Origin: Callorhinchus milii
Taxonomy: Eukaryota
DNA length: 64,000 bases
Reading direction: 5' to 3'
NCBI RefSeq assembly: GCF_018977255.1
Contig: NW_024704761.1
Span: forward strand, 8,060,001-8,124,000
The notes beneath the pieces are model-generated. The model searched no databases and was not told where the DNA came from. It saw only the letters and a list, made by a program, of their open reading frames with translations. Made by a program: the position numbers and the translations under genes. This document shows positions 24,441-36,570 of this stretch, one piece after another. How positions within the stretch are numbered: the stretch's first letter is position 1; every line of letters starts with the position of its first letter.

Positions 24441-25959
24441 AGAGACTTATGATGTGCAAGGGAATGGAGAGAAGGGTCAGGATGCTGGTTCCAACCTTTT
24501 ATTCACACTCTCTCCTCCACTCAGCCCACTTTCTTCTGATTAATTCCAGCATTCCAAGGTCTCAAAGGCCAGGCTGCCAATCTACTGTGCACCAACCTAG
24601 GGTGCCACCTAGTTCTTCTCTCTTCTTTTGTAGGGATGGAATCCTTACGATACCCACCCTGTTCTCCTTGGTCTCACCAAGCCACACACTAACTGTGGGC
24701 AAAAGGAAACTCTCAGTAGTTTGGTTTGGACATGAACTTCCGCAGCCAGAGAGAAAAAGAGAAATAGTCAGAATAAAAGACAAGCAATTGGTGCAGAATA
24801 GACCCAACCGATACGTGAATGTCCCAGAGCAGTGGCAGAAGAGGAATGAACCGCAGCAAATAAACAAGCTGTTAAAAGTTTGCGGACGTGTACACATGGG
24901 GCACTGTTATTAATAGTTTCCCATTAATTCTCCATATGCATGTGATTTACTCATAATGCTTGTTCCAGATGTGGCAGGAAATATCCCTTTTGTGGGAGTC
25001 ATCTGTCAGTACCGGTGCTCAAAATGATTCTAGAGGGGAATAGTAATGAATGGATAGTTTGCATTTAAATGTTTGTAGACATTGATGTCACCCAGAAGCT
25101 GATGGTGTTAGCTTGTTAGTAGGCACTGACCCAATTAAGCCATCCGGCGTTCTGCTTGTCTATCTTAACTGTATCCACAAAACTTTAGGAAAGGCCACTG
25201 TGAAATGAAAGAGACAAACCTCTCGCTGTAACAAGCACACATCAGTGAGAGAGTGTGTCTTTAGCTGGAGCCTGCTGATAAGCAGCAATGCCAAAATACC
25301 GTCAAACAAACCGGTTTTCTTTTTGTTCGTTGTTTATGTGTAGGGAGCACGTCCACTGAAATAGCTGCAAATCCATCTGCAGCCTCAAAGGGGGGAAATA
25401 TCCTAACTTTAATCCCAATTTTCCGATTTCAAGAAAATAATTTGTCATCGTCAGTCCTCGGGACTGGCAGCCGGTGCCTAATTAATGCTCTCGGCTCACA
25501 CAGCGATTCCTGCTGATCTTTGCTGTATCAAGGGCAAGATCACATTCACATGACCACCATCTAAGCATGTCCCACAGAAGGACAACCCCACCAACCAATT
25601 AGGCAATGCAGGGAGGCATTAAGTGAGCTAGCTCACTATCTCTTTCTACTGCTGGATTTTTAAACAGGATGATACTTTCCGAAAGTGTAGAGTGAAAACG
25701 GTGAGAGAATGAAATAATTGCCTCCTAAATCGTGAAGCCTGATTAACATCAGCAAAGAACCAGGCAATTAGATGTGGACTTGTTCGGATTATATTCTAAA
25801 GAGGGTAAAATTGACAGCACGATGACAGCTAATTGCAAATAGACTTTAGTGACCAATTTTGCAAGGCTTGACAATGCCATTGTCCAATTAGCTTGGTTAA
25901 ATTACTTTTCAACCTTGCTGACCAAACAAATAAATGCTCTGGTTTGGAAACAACATTGA

Positions 25960-26100
25960 TGCGTTTATCTGCCCATCTTCAGTACACAATCTATCATTTT
26001 ACAGGATGTTCCTGGAAAGCGCTTTAAGATGTCCTCTCGATGGGAATGGCGCTATATCAAATGAAAGGATTATGATAATTATTATCAATAATAATAATAT
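25960..26100 (+). mobile_element. SINE 3' fragment
   Basis: AAGCGCTTTAAGATGTCCTC..GGCGCTATATCAAATGAAAGGATTATG followed by ATT/AAT repeats. Confidence 0.7.
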
Positions 26101-27859
26101 GTTACAGAGAGAATTGGGGTCCAGGAATACCTCACAAGAGTTTGCATCATAGGCAATGACAGCAACTTTTCAGCAGCTTAGAAACATCTGAACTCAGGAA
26201 TATCACACTGACAAGGTGTACAAATGGTTGGCATGGAAAGTGAAATATTTACACTTGTGCAATCAGGGAAGCTCTTCTGAAGTTGAGAGTTAAACACACT
26301 GTTGAGACAGAGGAGAGGGCTCTTTATTCTGGTTTTGCTGTTACCAGATTTGGGAGTATAGTACTTGATGCTGACACAGGGCATACAAAGTGGAAAAGTA
26401 AGAGTTTCCCAATACCATTACCTCTCAGCTCTTGAACTCTTCCATTATTCACTTATTGAAGTTGTAGGATCTTTTTGTTATCACTGGTATTGCAATGGCT
26501 GCTGAGTTTCCAGGCATCTCTGTCATATTTTTGCAGGGACGGTATGTTTTTCTATATCACTTTGATTCGAGCCAAGTGACACAATGGGAGCAGGTAACAG
26601 GAAGGAAAAACATACAATTTGATTATAACACTTAGGTATATTGTGCATTGCTTTACCGTTCCTTTCTTTTAAGTTAAGTTGCTAATTGGATATTGGAAAG
26701 TGGAAAGTTCATTCAAGTGAGTTTGTTGCCTTGCCAAGCAAGTCACCTTGGAGCCAGCTCAGCTTCAAGAAGACCCCGCTTATACGAATCTCAAAGGAGG
26801 AATTGCAATGCTATTTTAACTTGTCAAGGAAAAACAAAGGGTTAAACACATCTCCTCAGCCGGGTGAGGAGATTCAGAAAAACAGCTGCTGGATTTGTGT
26901 GTAAAAAAAAATTGTGTATCGGTAAAGCTGAGATTCAGACCTCTATGTGCTTGCTGAGGTCAGCTCATTTCCATTACACTGCAACCTGCTCGTTAATTAA
27001 TTACTCATTAAACTAATCATAGCTGGTGTACTTCACATCAGGAGTCAGAGAGCATCCTGTAATTATAGGGAGGACAGCGGAGTGCACTGCAGCGATTGGG
27101 AGCGTCAGGGAGCACTTAGTCATTAGTATGAGCATCCAGCAGGATGGTGAGTAAGTGAGCTGGACTGTGAGGGCAGGCGCTATAATGATTGTGAGCAACA
27201 CAGAAGGTCACATTATTTCTCAATATCCTGCAGTAATTGTGAGCGTGGGGCTTATCATTCACGGGCTTTCATTCCTGACCGTCGGAGTCTTTAAATAGCT
27301 CGGTACCCTTTGCGAAAAAATTCCTTATGAGTGAGAGGCGATCCTGTTCGAAGGAACCGATTCTCAACACAAGTGGAGCAGCCGAGATACGCAGCAACAT
27401 CATTGCGGAATTTCCGCCAAACCTGCGTTGCCGTCCACCAATTCATTAGAGAATGGATTGGGCTTCGATATTCAAGTCTAGGTAAAAGTGAGCACTAATT
27501 GCTTTATCAATTTGGAGGAGAAAACTAGTTTGGTGAACTCAAATTAAACAGTGGGCACAACGAGACACAAACGGAAGCTCATGTAATCATGGCTACGCAT
27601 GGGTTAAATAGATCCTATTAAACACTTCATATTTACGCTCATCAGCCTTCATCCTAAAAGCCACTAAACATGGCAAGCAACTTGACACAAGGAAGTGGCT
27701 TTGCACCACATTAGATCAGAACGTTCTTTCTTAAAAAATTAATCCGTTCAAAAATAATTCTGCATCAAAGTTTGTTTTTCTCCTTTTCACAGGTTTACAT
27801 TTAGACAAAAATGTTTTGAGCGACGTTTGAGAAATCCTGCCACATCCTGCAATCTCCTC

Positions 27860-28030
27860 ATCTTCCTTATGGTTCTTCAACAAAGACTCATAGAAGATGG
27901 AGAAGGGAATAGGAGGGTTGAGAGGTATAGGAGAGGGGAATAGGAGGGTTGAGGGCTTGTGTAGAGTATAAACACTGGGGCGAACTGGTTGGGCCAAATG
28001 GCCTGTTTCCGTGCTGTATCATTCTGTTAT
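27860..28030 (+). mobile_element. CR1 3' tail
   Basis: GAGTATAAACACTGG..GGTTGGGCCAAATGGCCTGTTTCCGTGCTGTATCATTCTGT. Confidence 0.8.
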
Positions 28031-29157
28031 ACAACTCCGTGTAAAGCTCTTGCTATGTTATGCTTATTCACTTCCTCAGAAAGCAGTGTTTGGTTGCTTT
28101 AACATGAGAGGGACCGAATCCACCATCGCAAAGCTTCACACTTGCTTAACTTGCTTTTACAGCAGGTCTCAAAGATACTTCACTGCAGACAAGAGGGGGA
28201 GAGCACCTTTCCTCCTATGTTCTGCCTCTCTGAACTGAAGACATTACATAAGTGGGCGCAGGCAAGTGTAAAAAAATCATTGTGGACATCTTTGTGATCG
28301 GTTGAGTTTTAAAAATAGAAGTGCTTTATAAAATAACGCTGCATCAAGCACTTGTTCCCGCAGTCAAAGGTAATTCTGAAGCAGTTCACTCACGCCGAGC
28401 ACTTTTGGTAGCACAATAAAAAGGGAAGCACACAATTGCTGCACTACACAAGATGATTCTGAGCCACTCGGGAGAGAGAAGGGGTTCCATTTCAGCTTCA
28501 CACTCAGACGGCAATGTGGAAAATCTATATTTCGCATTCCAAAGCATTAGTGATCATTTGCGTTGTGATGCTACATGCATCTAGTCATCATTTTAAATAC
28601 TTTCTTTTAACAGCACCACAAAGCCTGAGAGCCCACTTGGCCAAGTAGAGACAATTCGCTCTATCCTGCCATGTCCGTTTAAGGATGTTTCTCAATTTTA
28701 AAAAAATGGTCCCCAAAGGTACATATTGAGCAAGTGGCAGAATATTAATTCCATCTCCACTGATAGCTCTGGTCTGCCACCTTCCACAATGAACGTCTAT
28801 CTACCTTCCGTAACACAGGAATCATTGGGTCCTATTAAGTCTTAGATCTGCACTCAGGGTGAAACATATGCAATGTATCCTGAATGTTCCTTGTGTTCAT
28901 CAGATGTCTATTAGATGGCCAACTCCCAATTGATAATGATCTCCAAAGGAAGTTTTGGTAAATAATGCATTGTATTCAGATCTTTACAGATGCCACGATG
29001 GAATTATACTCCTAGTTAAAATAACAAATATTTTATATAAATCTATTGATAACTATCTTTTGTTTGTAATTATCCACAGTCAGTGTTGATAGTGGTCTCA
29101 GAATGGAACTATTGATAAAGAAAGGATTGAGAATGAATTCAAGCGCAAATGAAGTAA

Positions 29158-29192
29158 GAGACGAGAGAGAGCGAGAGAAAGAGAGAGAGAGA
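29158..29192. repeat. Imperfect (GA)n microsatellite
   Basis: GAGACGAGAGAGAGCGAGAGAAAGAGAGAGAGAGA. Confidence 0.85.
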
Positions 29193-29894
29193 AATCTCAT
29201 TGAGCTTTATACAGGATCATAGATGACAGTGGACAAGACGAGCAAATCTGACTTTTTTTGCACTGAAAACAAACCTGCGTTCACTCTCAACCTTGCGATC
29301 GTCTGGGTGAAGATCACATGATCGGCACACGAGGAAAGCAGAAGGTGAGCATCGGAATGATTTTCACATCACTGAGCAAAGTCTTATTTCTGAAACTCAA
29401 CTGCCATCGTTTTATGTTAATGCAGTTATCTCTCCCGGTCAGAGCACTTCAACTCAAAAATCCATGAAGTACAGCGGCTATGAAATTTCCTGTTCTCTAC
29501 AGCTGTTTCTCATGGCGCAATGTTCCAGGGATTGCGCTGAAGATGACATTGTTCCTCGCTAATAAAAAAAACTCACGTCACAAAACGCCTGCCAAGCTCA
29601 ATTTCAGAAATCCAAACCCGAAAACCTGAGATCAGGCGTTTAAAGAAAAGCAGTTATTTCTGAAGAGTCGGTTTCACTTGAATGTTGAGAATAATTTTTA
29701 TAACAAGAAAATCACTGTGTGTAAGCGTTACCCGTTTCTCCATGCCAGTGGATTCTCTTAAACGTTGTCAAGTTTGATTAAGTTAAGCCACAATGGTTAA
29801 GACAAATAGGCAAACAAAAATATCACAAACTTTGCTCCCTACTCCCAAGGCTGAAAGGAAGGTGGATGGGCAACTAGACAGGAACGAATCCTGC

Positions 29895-29999
29895 AGAATG
29901 TACAGCCTTTACAGGATATCCTGTGAGGAGATTTGAGACATCGCAACGATATGATATGGCGCTACATCGAATGCAAGGATTGTTATTATTATTATTATT
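29895..29999 (+). mobile_element. SINE 3' fragment
   Basis: TTTACAGGATATCCTGTG..GGCGCTACATCGAATGCAAGG(ATT)n. Confidence 0.7.
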
Positions 30000-30084
30000 C
30001 CCACTGTACAGAACTCTGGATCTCAAGATATTTAAGCATGTAGCTTGGAGTGGAGCATCTATTGTCAGCTCATTGCTGACAAAT

Positions 30085-30540
30085 GCAGCGTTAGCCTAGC
30101 TCAATTGGTAACGCTCTCATTTCACAGAAGGCCGTGGGTTCAAGTCCCCTCTCCCCTAGTCAGGATTTGTAACTCACAGACTCGGCTGACACTGCAATGC
30201 AGTGATTGGGGTAGACTGCATTGTCAGAGGTGCCATCTCTTATTATGCCTTAAAGATCCTGTGGCATGATTCAAAAAGAGACAGGATTTTCTCTCAGTGC
30301 CCTGCATCATTACATCATTGCACTGGCTTGTCATTTTATTCAGAAGGTCATCAAGATATTTGTTAAATCCCAAAATAAAATTTACCATTCAATTCACGCC
30401 TGTTTGTGGGACATTGGCTGCCGCGTTCACCTTCAAAATATAGACTCACTATGCTTTACAGTCAATCCTGTGAAGTGCTTTGAGATCTTCCCGATGTGAA
30501 AAGACACTATATCAAATGCAAGGGTTATTATAATAGTATT
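30085..30540 (+). mobile_element. Near full-length older DeuSINE/SacSINE1-like element
   Basis: tRNA-like head TAGCTCAATTGGTAACGCTCTC..GTGGGTTCAAGTCCC; GGCTGACACTGCAATGCAG; core TGTTTGTGGGAC..GGCTGCCGCG; tail GTGAAAAGACACTATATCAAATGCAAGG. Confidence 0.8.
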
Positions 30541-30659
30541 AGCACCTAAAATCATCTATAAACATTTTTATAACAGCCTGCATGTTATATTAAAAGCTAT
30601 TAGGGAAGTAGAGGTTAAACTCAAGAGAATGAAAACTAATATCCCCCTGACTGATTAAA

Positions 30660-30990
30660 CTATACTCCGTGGTAACTGCAGACACAGGAGAGAAGGTTTG
30701 AGAAGCCTGCACTGTCATTCTGAGGAAATCAATTAACACTGAGGAGGTTCCAAAAGAATGGATAAAGGCAAAATGTGATTCCCACATCCATTAACCTGGC
30801 CTGATTAATTAAAAAATAGAAATGGTAGAGTGGCTTTGTGAAATAAATTAATACATGGCAGGCAACACTGCTTCACAGGGGATGGAATTTGCCCGACCAA
30901 CTTTGGATGCTTTTTTTTTTGACAGTGCCAAACTGTAAGACAGTGGGAAACAATAGTTCACTTACGTTTCCAAAGACGTGTGATAAAATA
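30660..30990 (+). mobile_element. Decayed CR1 ORF2 fragment
   Basis: GAGGAGGTTCCAAAAGAATGGATAAAGGCAAAATGTGATTCCC = EEVPKEWIKA(N)VIP; CAACACTGCTTC..GACCAAC resembles QHGF..CxTN. Confidence 0.6.
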
Positions 30991-30994
30991 TTAG

Positions 30995-31310
30995 TAATTC
31001 TTGTATTTGATGGCACCTATAAATTCAAAACTTCTCAAAGCACTTTACAGTAATTCCTGTCAAGTGCAGTCACTGTACTTTTTGGCAAATGCAGCAGGCA
31101 ATTTGCACACACAGCAAGGCCCCATGAACAACCATTAAAGTAATGGCCAATTTATCTGGAGTGTTTGCCATTGATACTGGGAGAAACTCTCATCTGGTTT
31201 CAAATAGTGTCACAAATTGTTTAACATTAAAGAGAACAAGCAGACAGTTCTTGGTTTAACATCTGATCCAAAGAGCAGTTCCCCCATTATTGCACTAAAT
31301 ACAACACAAG
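30995..31310 (-). mobile_element. Older DeuSINE-like element
   Basis: GCAGCAGGCAATTTGCACAC..CCCCATGAACAACC..TCAAATAGTGTCAC..GGTTTAACATCTGATCCAAA. Confidence 0.7.
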
Positions 31311-31404
31311 AGCTTGCACCACAACTTCACGTCACTGGGTCTCCAGGGTAAGTGAGTCCCTGCTGGGGATTAGCAAGTGGTTGAAGGGCAGGAAGGAACA
31401 GTAA

Positions 31405-31581
31405 GGAAGTGGCCCATGGGGCCATCAGTAAGTGGCTCCCCAAACATTCACACGGGTCTAGGTAAGTCTGTGTTCGATTAGTAGTGATTCCATGTTTTTC
31501 TTTTTTATGCCAAGAAATCAAGAGATATTCAAACAAGAAAATTTATCTTGTTGGCTGACCATAACGGTTGGCCAGCCCTTG
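31405..31581 (+). mobile_element. Partial copy of hAT-type MITE (homologue of 36113-36392)
   Basis: AAGTGGCCCATGGGGCCATCA..AACATTCACACGGGTCTAGGTAAGTCTGT..AAATCAAGAGATATTC..GGTTGGCCAGCCC. Confidence 0.65.
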
Positions 31582-32572
31582 ATTACAGTATCAGTGATGG
31601 AAAATAAATGGGCCAGGGTACAAATATTGCAATTAGGCAGTGAAGAAGAATGTTGCTCGGAAGGTAAATGTGAGGGAGTAAAGTAGCCTGCAGACAAAAA
31701 CTTCTCTATTTTGCTGATAGAACACATTCTAAATACTTCAAAGGTGAAAGTACTTTCTAAAGCATTTTGCCGGTGATCTGATTAACATTTTAGTCATGAA
31801 GAAATGTCCTTTGGCTTTTTGCAGTCCCAGAAACATCAATTTATTTTAATAAAGCTAACAAACTGCAGCCTGGCATTAGGTTGAGAGCAGTGGTGCATTT
31901 ATATGACTGAATATAGACAGAAGTGTCTGAAAACTCCTGACACCACTAAATTTTATTTAAATCAATCAATTTGTTTACCGTTGATGCTGTTTGTAAAACA
32001 CATGATAAATCCTTCTGTCACTGTGATGGCAGGAGAACCCTGAACAGACTGGTAAGTGACTTGACTCGTTTAACAGTATATCACAGAGAAGGTGGAAATT
32101 AGAGCAGGGCTCTGAGAGAAGTTAGGAGCCAGTTTATATTTTAGGTTAAATTTACTGGAGCAAAAATCAAATACCACTAAGCACAGTGCAGTAAAGCCAA
32201 GTGAACACATTCACAAAAAAAATCAGTCCACTGCTTGCTGAAATCAGGGTGTCACGAGTTTATTCCTGCGCTCTGCCCAACTAGGAACACTCTATGCATC
32301 AAAATTTGATTTGCAGGGATAACAGGGCCCAAATGATAAGAATCCCTTTCCCAATGATTGACATTGTTAGAACCTGCTAACTGTGGCCACATCTATATAT
32401 TATTTCCTCCTGTTTAGATGCAAATTCAATTGAAAGTGTGATCAATCCAGAAGCGAGAGGAAGATTTGGGTTAGAGATATAACTTCAAAAAGACCGGAAA
32501 TGTATTAATTGTATTCCGTGTAAAACAACTGTAAAGTGGACAAAGAAAATTGCTTTTACTTTCATTTCTATT

Positions 32573-32668
32573 ACACTTCACAGTAAAATTCCCGTGAAGT
32601 GCTTGGAGACGTCTCAATGACATGATACAGTCCTGTATCAAATGCAAGAATGATTATAATTATTATAT
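32573..32668 (+). mobile_element. SINE 3' fragment
   Basis: CACTTCACAGTAAAATTCCCGTGAAGTGCTTGGAGACGTCTC..TATCAAATGCAAG followed by ATT repeats. Confidence 0.75.
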
Positions 32669-33914
32669 TTTCCCCTTTCTAGGTTTCTCCATCGTTTGCA
32701 GTCCTTTGGGATAGCAGACGATACACCCCAAGCCAATTTGTATGAGTTATTTTACGGATAGTCCAGGTTACCTTACTCTCTGATTTTCAACAATTTCTGT
32801 CAGGGTGGTGATTTCCATCGCTATCCATCTCTTCAATGATGGCAGGGCTAAGAGCCAGAAAGCATCTCATGGAAATTGGAGAATCATGGGTGTCCACTCT
32901 CATTTCGCCACATATTGGTACAGGAATGCACTACATCATGGCACTGGCTTGTTTTCATTTTATTCAGAAGGTCATCAATTTTCCACCTAGACACACACAT
33001 ATATTTGCTAAAACTTTTTCTTTTCGATTGCTCCTGTGGAACGACGGGGTATAGCATAAATCAAGAGAACAGATCATATCAGGCTGGCAAGCTCCATCCA
33101 AATTTGATTAGGAGAAGCTGAGATTCCGAGATGTATGTTTGTCCCTAAAGTAGAGCTGCAGAACTGGTTTACACATTGTGCATTCATGGTGTGACCCCCA
33201 TATTCTCAAACAAGAGTCAGGTGGGCTGAAAGGTATTTGTGTACATTTGATTATCGGACCAGGGACACTTGGTAAAGCTTATTTGGTAGAAGACCCAATT
33301 GACTGGCAGTTGACACGACATTGATCCAGGAAACGGACATGATTTGAATAGGATGTATTGGTACCACAAGAGCATCTGTTATCTGAGGTGTGCAAAATGA
33401 ATGGGTGTCTGAATGAGTCCTCTGCTGGCATTTGAAATTAACCCAAGACAAAGCAGGTTAATATTGAACTAGCCTTTACAATGAACAGAGATAATCTCAC
33501 TTCTGGCAAGGCTGGATTGAGGATCCTCTGATGACAGGGCTTTGGCTTGTATGCTGATTCAGTTTACTTTGCAGATGGTTTTAGCATGTGGCTAGACCAG
33601 TGCATTTACACAGAGGCTAAACAATGGAACACCTTTTCCGCAAGGAGATGTTAGTATCATCTACCTTGCTGCTTTAGGAATACTAAGAGTAGAAGAGTCC
33701 TTATGCTGGAAATGGAATCAATACCAATGCGTCAAGGCACGCCCACTGTCTGCAGGTGAACCACAGTAATTCTATTTGCCACGAGAGGGAAATTTGCAAT
33801 TTTATGGCTTTGGGAGAAGCAGAGTGAACAGGATGACTGATAAATAAGAATACGGTCGTAGGAGAAATTGCATGCAGGAATAGGCAGGTATTGACTCAAT
33901 ATCCATTGGAAAAA

Positions 33915-34046
33915 TAGGAGTGAGTCATTCAGCCCCTCGAGCATGTTCCGCCATTCTATGAGATCATGGCTGATCTGTACCTCAAATCCAATTACACGCC
34001 TTTACCCCATAGCCCTCGATGCCCTGACCTAACAAATATCTATCCT
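33915..34046 (-). mobile_element. CR1 3' tail
   Basis: AGGAGTGAGTCATTCAGCCCCTCGAGCATGTTCCGCCATTCTATGAGATCATGGCTGATCTG. Confidence 0.8.
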
Positions 34047-34734
34047 GTGGACATGACTCTAGGAGAAGCAAGGTTGAGGAGCAGGCTTGTCCTTAACTGT
34101 GGCTCCCCTTCTACAGTGGATGCCTTCTCACTATGACTCCACTGTGTGCTTGTTATTCTAATGTAATGTGCATGAGAGGTGTTAAGCCCATGTAATCGAG
34201 ATTAATGAAGGGATCTTCTTCTCACTTCCTAAAAGAGGCTGTTAAAGTCCACCCCAAAATGCTTCAGTCATTAATTATAGTGAACGGATGGTTTTACTGC
34301 CGAGAGTAAATAAAAAGGTGACAGAAATGTCAAAAATTGAGTGCCGCTTTATTAGACAGGAGAGAATGTCAACTGCAATTAAACTGGATCGAGCATTTCC
34401 AAGATTAAAAGTTGAGTTCAACTGCAGGCAAATTGCAATGATATTCAAGACAATTAATTTGTGCTTTAGAGTCATCACTTTCATCCAGTATCTTTAATTC
34501 CCATTCCAATTTTTTTTAAAAGAAGCATTTTTATTTCCCTGACTTTCCGTCCTTCCCAAACTATGTATCATTCGCCATTGTGGAGGGCTCACAATTCATC
34601 TGCTCCCAGGCTTCTATTAGCTCACTAACTAAGAGGTGCACCACCAGAATGGACTGGGGTGGTCAAGGGGGGCTGCATATTGGACTTACAGGCAGAAAAC
34701 ACTCAGTCTTGCACAGCCTTCTTAGCACTCTTTT

Positions 34735-34870
34735 GGGTTGACATCATGTGCGCAATTGGCGACTGCATTTCGTTTGCAAAATATACAGTCAATTTACTTT
34801 ACAGTATATTCTGTGAAGCGCTTTGAGACGTCTCGAAGATGGGATAAGGCGCTATTTATTATTATTAACA
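34735..34870 (+). mobile_element. SINE family A 3' fragment
   Basis: GTGCGCAATTGGC..AAAATATACAGTCAATTTACTTTACAGTATATTCTGTGAAGCGCTTTGAGACGTCTCGAAGA. Confidence 0.88.
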
Positions 34871-35659
34871 AAATAATAATAAAATCACCCCCCCACCCCC
34901 ATCACACCCCTGAAGTGACAGCTGAATCCTATTTTGAAGCCAGTAATACAGAAGTTAAAGTTATTCCCTATTAGTACAATCAATCACCAGTCACTGAAAA
35001 TTTTAGCTATCGATGACCCAGAATGTTAGTCGCTGCTTGTGTGTCATTTACATGCTTTACGCGCGCTCTCTAATTACACTCTTAGCAAAGTTCTTTCTTT
35101 CTTTCTCTCTCTTTCTTTCTGCCTTTAAATCGATCAGAACGTTTGGTTCACGAAAAAGAATCCAAGTAAAATTAAAAATAAGAAGCTTGCAATTTTGCAG
35201 TGGAAGAAAAAAAGAGGATTTTAACAGATTCTGCAAAAACATCTTTGATTAGTTTTGTTATTGGTTAAAGTTTTCTGCGTCAGGCAAAGATTTTAAATGT
35301 CCGACGCTATATTGAAAAGGAGGCAAACACTTTGCCACTGCATGAGATCGACCTCCTGACTGTGCAACCAACAGAGGCAGCCGAAATCATGGCTCCTAAA
35401 TAACTGTGTGGGTTGGCACGTCTGTCAAACTTAGGGTGAAAATTAGTAAAATCTAATTAGGAATGATTTTAAAATCCAAGAATTTATTGGAGACAAAACC
35501 GAACACAGAATATCTGGCCTATTAGTTCTTAGCAGATTCAATAATTTCTCAAATGCTAATNAAAAAATCTCTTCATATGCTCTGCATCTCCCCCCCTACA
35601 ACCCTCCCTGTTCTTACAGGGCTCATTCCCTACCAGCATTTGGGTTTGTGCAGAAACAT

Positions 35660-36036
35660 ACGAGCAGCTTATGGCACTTTCAGTGGAAGAAGGTGACATC
35701 TCAGAGGGCAGCTTATGTAGGCACATGTATATAAAATTCTTAAAGGGATTGAGAATGTAAACCCAAAAGCATACACCAAGACAGCAAAACAATACGGCGC
35801 AGGTTTAGGCTTGCAACGGGCAAGATTCAGAACAGGAACTAGGAAGTATTTCTTTAAACAGAGGGTAATTCATGATGGAAAAGGTTAGCAGAAAGGATGG
35901 TTGAGGCCAGGACACTGGACTCATTTAAGGAACAGCTTGATGCGGTAATGGAAGGATGGTAGGCTTGGCATTCTGAATAAGGAGATGAAATGGGCCCAAG
36001 GCCCTTCTTGACCTGAACTCATCTTGTGATCTTGTG
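35660..36036 (+). mobile_element. CR1-like LINE 3' end
   Basis: GTATATAAAATTCTTAAAGGG (YKILKG)..AGGAAGTATTTCTTTAAACAGAGGGTA (RKYFFKQRV)..TCATTTAAGGAACAGCTTGATG (SFKEQLD); tail TCTTGTGATCTTGTG. Confidence 0.8.
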
Positions 36037-36112
36037 AGTTGAAAGAGATCACAGATCACTGCCAGAGGAAACGGCCTTCAACAGACCATTTTTTGTTGCT
36101 GAGAGATGACAG

Positions 36113-36392
36113 CAGTGGTACCCAACCCAGGCCAGTGGGCCAGAAGTGGCCAGTGGGGGCCGTCAAGAAGTGCCCTGCTGAACATTCGCACTAGTCTAGG
36201 TGAGTCTGTTTTAAAATCATTGGCATGTGATGGGGGTGGGGGGGGCAATTTTATTAATATTTTGTTAATAATAATGGAAACAAAACAATGATTTTTCTTG
36301 CTTGAATATTTCTTGAATTATGGCACAAATCAAGAAATATTCTGTCAAGAACATTTATTTTGTTGGCCGGCCGAAAAGATTGGCCACCACTA
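36113..36392 (+). mobile_element. Non-autonomous hAT(Charlie)-type DNA transposon (MITE), ~280 bp
   Basis: Imperfect TIRs CAGTGGTACCCAACC and GATTGGCCACCACTA; decayed 8-bp flanks GATGACAG / GCTCGCAG; second copy at 31405-31581. Confidence 0.6.
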
Positions 36393-36457
36393 GCTCGCAG
36401 GAATAGCAGGAACCAGCGAGGAGGTTTCTATTCTAAGGTTCTTTGGCTGTCTGCAAA

Positions 36458-36570
36458 TAACATCAACAACCAAATGATATTTGTGTAGCACCTTTCACGG
36501 CAAGAGGACGACCCAAGGCGCTCGACAGTCAGGGATCCACACCCGAGCTGGTGGTTGGGATCAGGAGGTC
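36458..36570 (-). mobile_element. L2 type-2 tail
   Basis: GCACCTTTCACG..GGACGACCCAAGGCGCTCGACAGTCAGGGATCCACACCCGAGCTGGTGGTTGGGATCAGG. Confidence 0.82.

Noticed and set aside
24449-24913. 154-aa ORF / exon after the acceptor-like TTCTTTTGTAG (~24633)
   Set aside because: No recognisable protein in any frame and no convincing donor; such sites occur by chance in 64 kb.
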